Source: Candidatus Uhrbacteria bacterium
Lineage (GTDB): Bacteria; Patescibacteriota; Patescibacteriia; GWA2-47-26
Direction: 5' to 3'
Length of the DNA: 64,000 nt
NCBI GenBank assembly: GCA_016187515.1
Contig: JACPJN010000007.1
Span: 4,046-68,045 of the forward strand
The notes under the pieces: generated by a model
What the model saw: only the letters and a program-made list of their open reading frames with translations
The model's database searches: none
What the model was told of the DNA's origin: nothing
Part shown: piece by piece, positions 60,620 to 64,000 of the stretch
How positions within the stretch are numbered: the stretch's first letter is position 1
Layout of the letters: each line of letters opens with the position of its first letter
Position numbers and translations under genes: made by a program

Positions 60620-60667
60620 GTATCTCAACCTAATAACTCAATAACTTAATAACTCGGTACTCTCAAT

Positions 60668-61106
60668 TGGTGGAGGTGGAGGGAGTTGAACCCTCGTCTA
60701 GTAAATCCTTCGCATTCAACACTACAAGCTTAGCTTTCTTTGGATTTTTGGAACGCGCCTGAAAGAAAGCAAACAGCGCGCTCCTAGTCTTTGCCAATCT
60801 CAAGCATGTCGGGTAAGACCTCCGTCATGCTCCATCCTCTAATTACAGGAGTGCCCCGCTAGAGGAATCGCGGGACTCCTGACACACTGCTTAAAAAGCG
60901 GCGTGTGCAAAGGCCGGAGCTCTGAAAGTGCTGAAAGCATTTGTCAGAGTATTCCAACCCATAGATACGTTCTTGGCATGTATCAATTTCCCTGACCGTT
61001 TTATCCCGACCTAAGTCGGGATCCCGACTTTACGTCGGGACGAGTGGACAGAGTTGCTCGGCTTGCGTCAAAGTGCGTTGAACTCCTATCGATGCCCGTC
61101 ACCCCC
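60668..61106 (-). ncRNA. ssrA: tmRNA
   Basis: 5' GGGGGUGA..GCAUCGA, 3' GACGAGGGUUCAACUCCCUCCACCUCCACCA; tag ORF 60891-60977; next to smpB. Confidence 0.93.
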
Positions 61107-61147
61107 AAATCTATGCGGCTTTTAGCCGCATAGATTTGGGGGTGCAA

Positions 61148-61258
61148 AGTTATTTAGTTATTGAGTTATTACAATCGATCAAACCAACGTAATAACTCAA
61201 TAACCAATAACCTAATAACTCTCACCTCATAACCCAATAACTCAATAACCTAATAACT
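61148..61258. repeat. inverted octamer array, empty copy (another at 63106-63190)
   Basis: (gttattga)n ... (taataact)n. Confidence 0.8.
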
Positions 61259-61696
61259 CCTTCTCAATTTCTCCCGAATTTCGCGATCCACGGCGCGTTT
61301 TTTAATCACCTCGCGTTTCTCGTATTTTTTGCGTCCGCGGGCCAGCCCGAGCTCGACTTTCAAACGGCGTCCCTTAGTATACAGGGAAACCGGTATTAGT
61401 GTCAAGCCCTGGCTATGAATCTTCCCCATGAGCTCCTTAATCTCGCGGCCGTGCAGCAGCAATTTACGACTGGCCGTCGGATCATAATCTTTTAAAGATC
61501 CGGCCTTTTTGTAGGCCCCAATATGGGCATTCAAGAGCCAGACCTCCTCGCCTTTGAGTGTGGCATAGGCGCCTTTAAGCGATACATTGCCGGCACGCAC
61601 CGATTTTACCTCCTGACCGGTAAGCACAATCCCCGCCTCGTAGGTTTTAAGGATGTCGTAATCAAATTTGGCACGCGGATTTTTGGCAAGGGTCAT
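61250..61696 (-). CDS. smpB: SsrA-binding protein
   Basis: N.RAKFDY, EAGIVLTGQEVKSVR, RKLLLH, ARGRKKYEKR. Confidence 0.97.
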   Translation of the reverse strand: MTLAKNPRAKFDYDILKTYEAGIVLTGQEVKSVRAGNVSLKGAYATLKGEEVWLLNAHIGAYKKAGSLKDYDPTASRKLLLHGREIKELMGKIHSQGLTLIPVSLYTKGRRLKVELGLARGRKKYEKREVIKKRAVDREIREKLRRSY

Positions 61697-63099
61697 AGCG
61701 TCCGGGTGCCGACAAAGCTTTGCCCGTGCGGAATTATTTTCTCGCTTCCTAAAATTACTATCTTGCTCCTTTTTTTAAGTCCGGATTTTTTTGCCTGCGC
61801 GAGAAGCAATTTCAAAAGCGCGTCCATGGTTTTTACCCGCGGCACGAGAAACGGCCGGACGCCCCAGGAAAGATTTAATTGATGCACAACACGCCAATCG
61901 GGTGAGCCCACGATAAGCGGCACTTCGGTACGATAGCGCGACAGTAAACGTCCGGTATGCCCCGTAAGCGAGCCGGCCAGGATTGCTTTGGCCTCTTCAG
62001 TACGCGCGCGCACAGCCGCAAGCAGCGCTACTTCTTCTTCGCGCGGCCCATGAGTAATCTCGCCTCCGATTGAGAGATCATCAAACCTTGATGCTTCGGT
62101 TTTTTTAATAATATGTGCCATGGTCGCGACCGCTTCCACCGGAAATTGCCCGCTGGCGCTTTCTCCGGAAAGCATGGTCGCGTCGGTGTGATCAATTACG
62201 GCATTGGCCACATCCGAGGCCTCGGCCCGGCTTGGCCGGGGGCTTCGTTCCATGGAGGCCAGCATCTCGGTGGCCACAATTACGGGCACAGCCATCCGCC
62301 GGCATTTTTCAATCAGCTCTTTTTGAATAATCGGCACTTCTTCAGGACTGGTGGCGAGTGCCAGATCGCCTCGCGCGATCATAATGCCGTCGGCCTCACG
62401 CAGAATTTCGTCAAAATTCTGCACGGCTTCGCGGGTTTCGATTTTTACAATAATATGGAGCTCTGGTTTTTTTAAAAGTCGTCTAAGCGCAACTACATCC
62501 GCAGGGCGTTTTACAAACGAAAGCGCCACAAAATCAATATCTTGACCGCGCGCCCAAGCCGCGTCGTTTTTGTCTTTACTGGTCAGCGACGGCAAAGGTA
62601 GCGACACGCCGGCAATCGCAATCCCCTTGTGCGATTTTAGCTCGCCCCCCAAAGTCACTTTCGCATGAATATCGCGGTCACGCACTTCCTCAACCACACA
62701 CTCAATCGTCCCGTCCGCGATCAAAAGATGCGCTCCTTTTTTCGCGTACTTGTGGAAATTCGGCACGGCAATGGGTATTTTAGTTATTGGGTTATGAGTT
62801 ATTGAGTTATTAGATTGTGTGGTAAAGACCAATTTTTGTCCAATTACTAATTTCAAATTACTAATTACCAATTCCCCGATCCTTGCCTTCGGTCCTTGCA
62901 AATCAATCAGAATCGCGACCGGCTCTCCTGTTTTTTTAGCCGCCGTGCGAATTGTACGAATTGCACGACCGTGCCACGCGTAAGTGCCGTGCGACATATT
63001 TAATCGGCACACGTTCATTCCGGCACGGATCATTTTTTGAAGTGTGGCTGGCGTCTCGGAGGATGGACCGATGGTGCAAATTATCTTAGTACGCTTCAT
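61693..63099 (-). CDS. pyk: pyruvate kinase with two repeat inserts
   Basis: RTKIICTIGP, DLQGPK, KIET, MIARGDL, MLSGESA. Confidence 0.96.
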   Translation of the reverse strand: MKRTKIICTIGPSSETPATLQKMIRAGMNVCRLNMSHGTYAWHGRAIRTIRTAAKKTGEPVAILIDLQGPKARIGELVISNLKLVIGQKLVFTTQSNNSITHNPITKIPIAVPNFHKYAKKGAHLLIADGTIECVVEEVRDRDIHAKVTLGGELKSHKGIAIAGVSLPLPSLTSKDKNDAAWARGQDIDFVALSFVKRPADVVALRRLLKKPELHIIVKIETREAVQNFDEILREADGIMIARGDLALATSPEEVPIIQKELIEKCRRMAVPVIVATEMLASMERSPRPSRAEASDVANAVIDHTDATMLSGESASGQFPVEAVATMAHIIKKTEASRFDDLSIGGEITHGPREEEVALLAAVRARTEEAKAILAGSLTGHTGRLLSRYRTEVPLIVGSPDWRVVHQLNLSWGVRPFLVPRVKTMDALLKLLLAQAKKSGLKKRSKIVILGSEKIIPHGQSFVGTRTL

Positions 63100-63191
63100 A
63101 GCGAGAGTTATTAGGTTATTGAGTTATTAGGTTATTAGTTTGTGAGTCACGATAACTTAATGACTTAATAACTTAATCACTTAATAACCCA

Positions 63192-64000
63192 TTACTGCTT
63201 TAACTCCTCCAACTCCACCTTCACCTCCCGTTCTTTTCCTTGACTCAATATTTTAAGCGTCACGGTATCGCCCGGCTGGTGTTTTTGAATCTGTCCGGCC
63301 AGCGGACGGTCTTCGGTAATCTTGACGCGATCAATCTCCAAAATTATATCATTCTCGCGCAGACCAGCTTTATCCGCTGGCGAGGCCGGAGCAATGGCCA
63401 GATTCGTCCGCTCCGCACCCCGCACAATCAGCGCCCCATAATCAACCGGCAGTTGATTTTCTTGTTTAAGCTCCGGGGTAATAATCACATACCGCACTCC
63501 GAGCCACGGCCGCACAATCCGCCCGATCTTGATCACGCTCTCAATCACCGGCTTGGCTTGATTTACCGGAATGGCAAAACCCAAATTCTGGCCGGCTTGC
63601 GAGACCGCGGTATTAATGCCAATCACCTCCCCTTTCATGTTGACTAAAGGCCCGCCGGAATTTCCCGGATTAATCGCCGCGTCCGTCTGAATCGCCTCTT
63701 CAATTACCTCCGAGCCAATCCCAGGTCCGCCGGCGGTAACTCGCCGCTTAATACCCGACACTACCCCGCGGGTAATGGTGTTGGAAAATTCGGAAAGCGC
63801 GTTGCCAATCGCGATCACGGATTCGCCAATCTGTAAATTATCAGAGTTTCCGAATTTCACCGTGGGTAATCCCTGGGCCTCTATTTTAATAAGCGCCAAA
63901 TCAATAAACGGATCCCGCGCCATTACTTTAGCATCATACCGCTTTCCTTCCGAGGTGACCACGGTATAAGTGGCCGCCTCGTCAAACACCACATGTTTAT
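63192..64000 (-). CDS. HtrA/DegP-like serine protease with PDZ (5'-truncated by the window)
   Basis: DLALIKI, AIGN, IQTDAAINPGNSGGPL. Confidence 0.93.
   Translation of the reverse strand, partial: KHVVFDEAATYTVVTSEGKRYDAKVMARDPFIDLALIKIEAQGLPTVKFGNSDNLQIGESVIAIGNALSEFSNTITRGVVSGIKRRVTAGGPGIGSEVIEEAIQTDAAINPGNSGGPLVNMKGEVIGINTAVSQAGQNLGFAIPVNQAKPVIESVIKIGRIVRPWLGVRYVIITPELKQENQLPVDYGALIVRGAERTNLAIAPASPADKAGLRENDIILEIDRVKITEDRPLAGQIQKHQPGDTVTLKILSQGKEREVKVELEELKQ

Overview
A 64 kb chromosomal segment that looks like a Patescibacteria/CPR (Parcubacteria-like) genome; this assignment is inferred from gene content and protein style. The backbone is housekeeping genes: rplY, rodA, gyrB, secE-nusG-rplK-rplA-dcd-dut, thyA-folA-tmk, gatB, miaA, thrS, dnaE (with a 434-aa LAGLIDADG intein), pheS/pheT, rseP, murI, lemA, htpX, recG, infC-rpmI-rplT, smpB/ssrA, pyk and a partial htrA. 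Four kinds of unusual structure lie on top of it. (1) Several unrelated families of short palindromic or tandem-inverted repeats fill the intergenic spaces and are also inserted in frame into at least 12 conserved proteins (five inserts in recG alone) and into tmRNA. (2) A 36-bp loopless perfect palindrome, with 6 intergenic copies and one covarying copy in miaA, brackets a PaaX/Cas2-like gene and punctuates an array of orphan-gene cassettes that share promoter and terminator modules. (3) An Avd-like four-helix-bundle gene sits between inverted octamer arrays, and empty versions of those arrays occur elsewhere. (4) Duplicated tRNA 3' halves carry twin-hairpin inserts in the T-loop, and several 110-200 nt rod-like hairpins are candidate ncRNAs or MITEs. 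All calls come from reading the sequence by eye; no searches were run.
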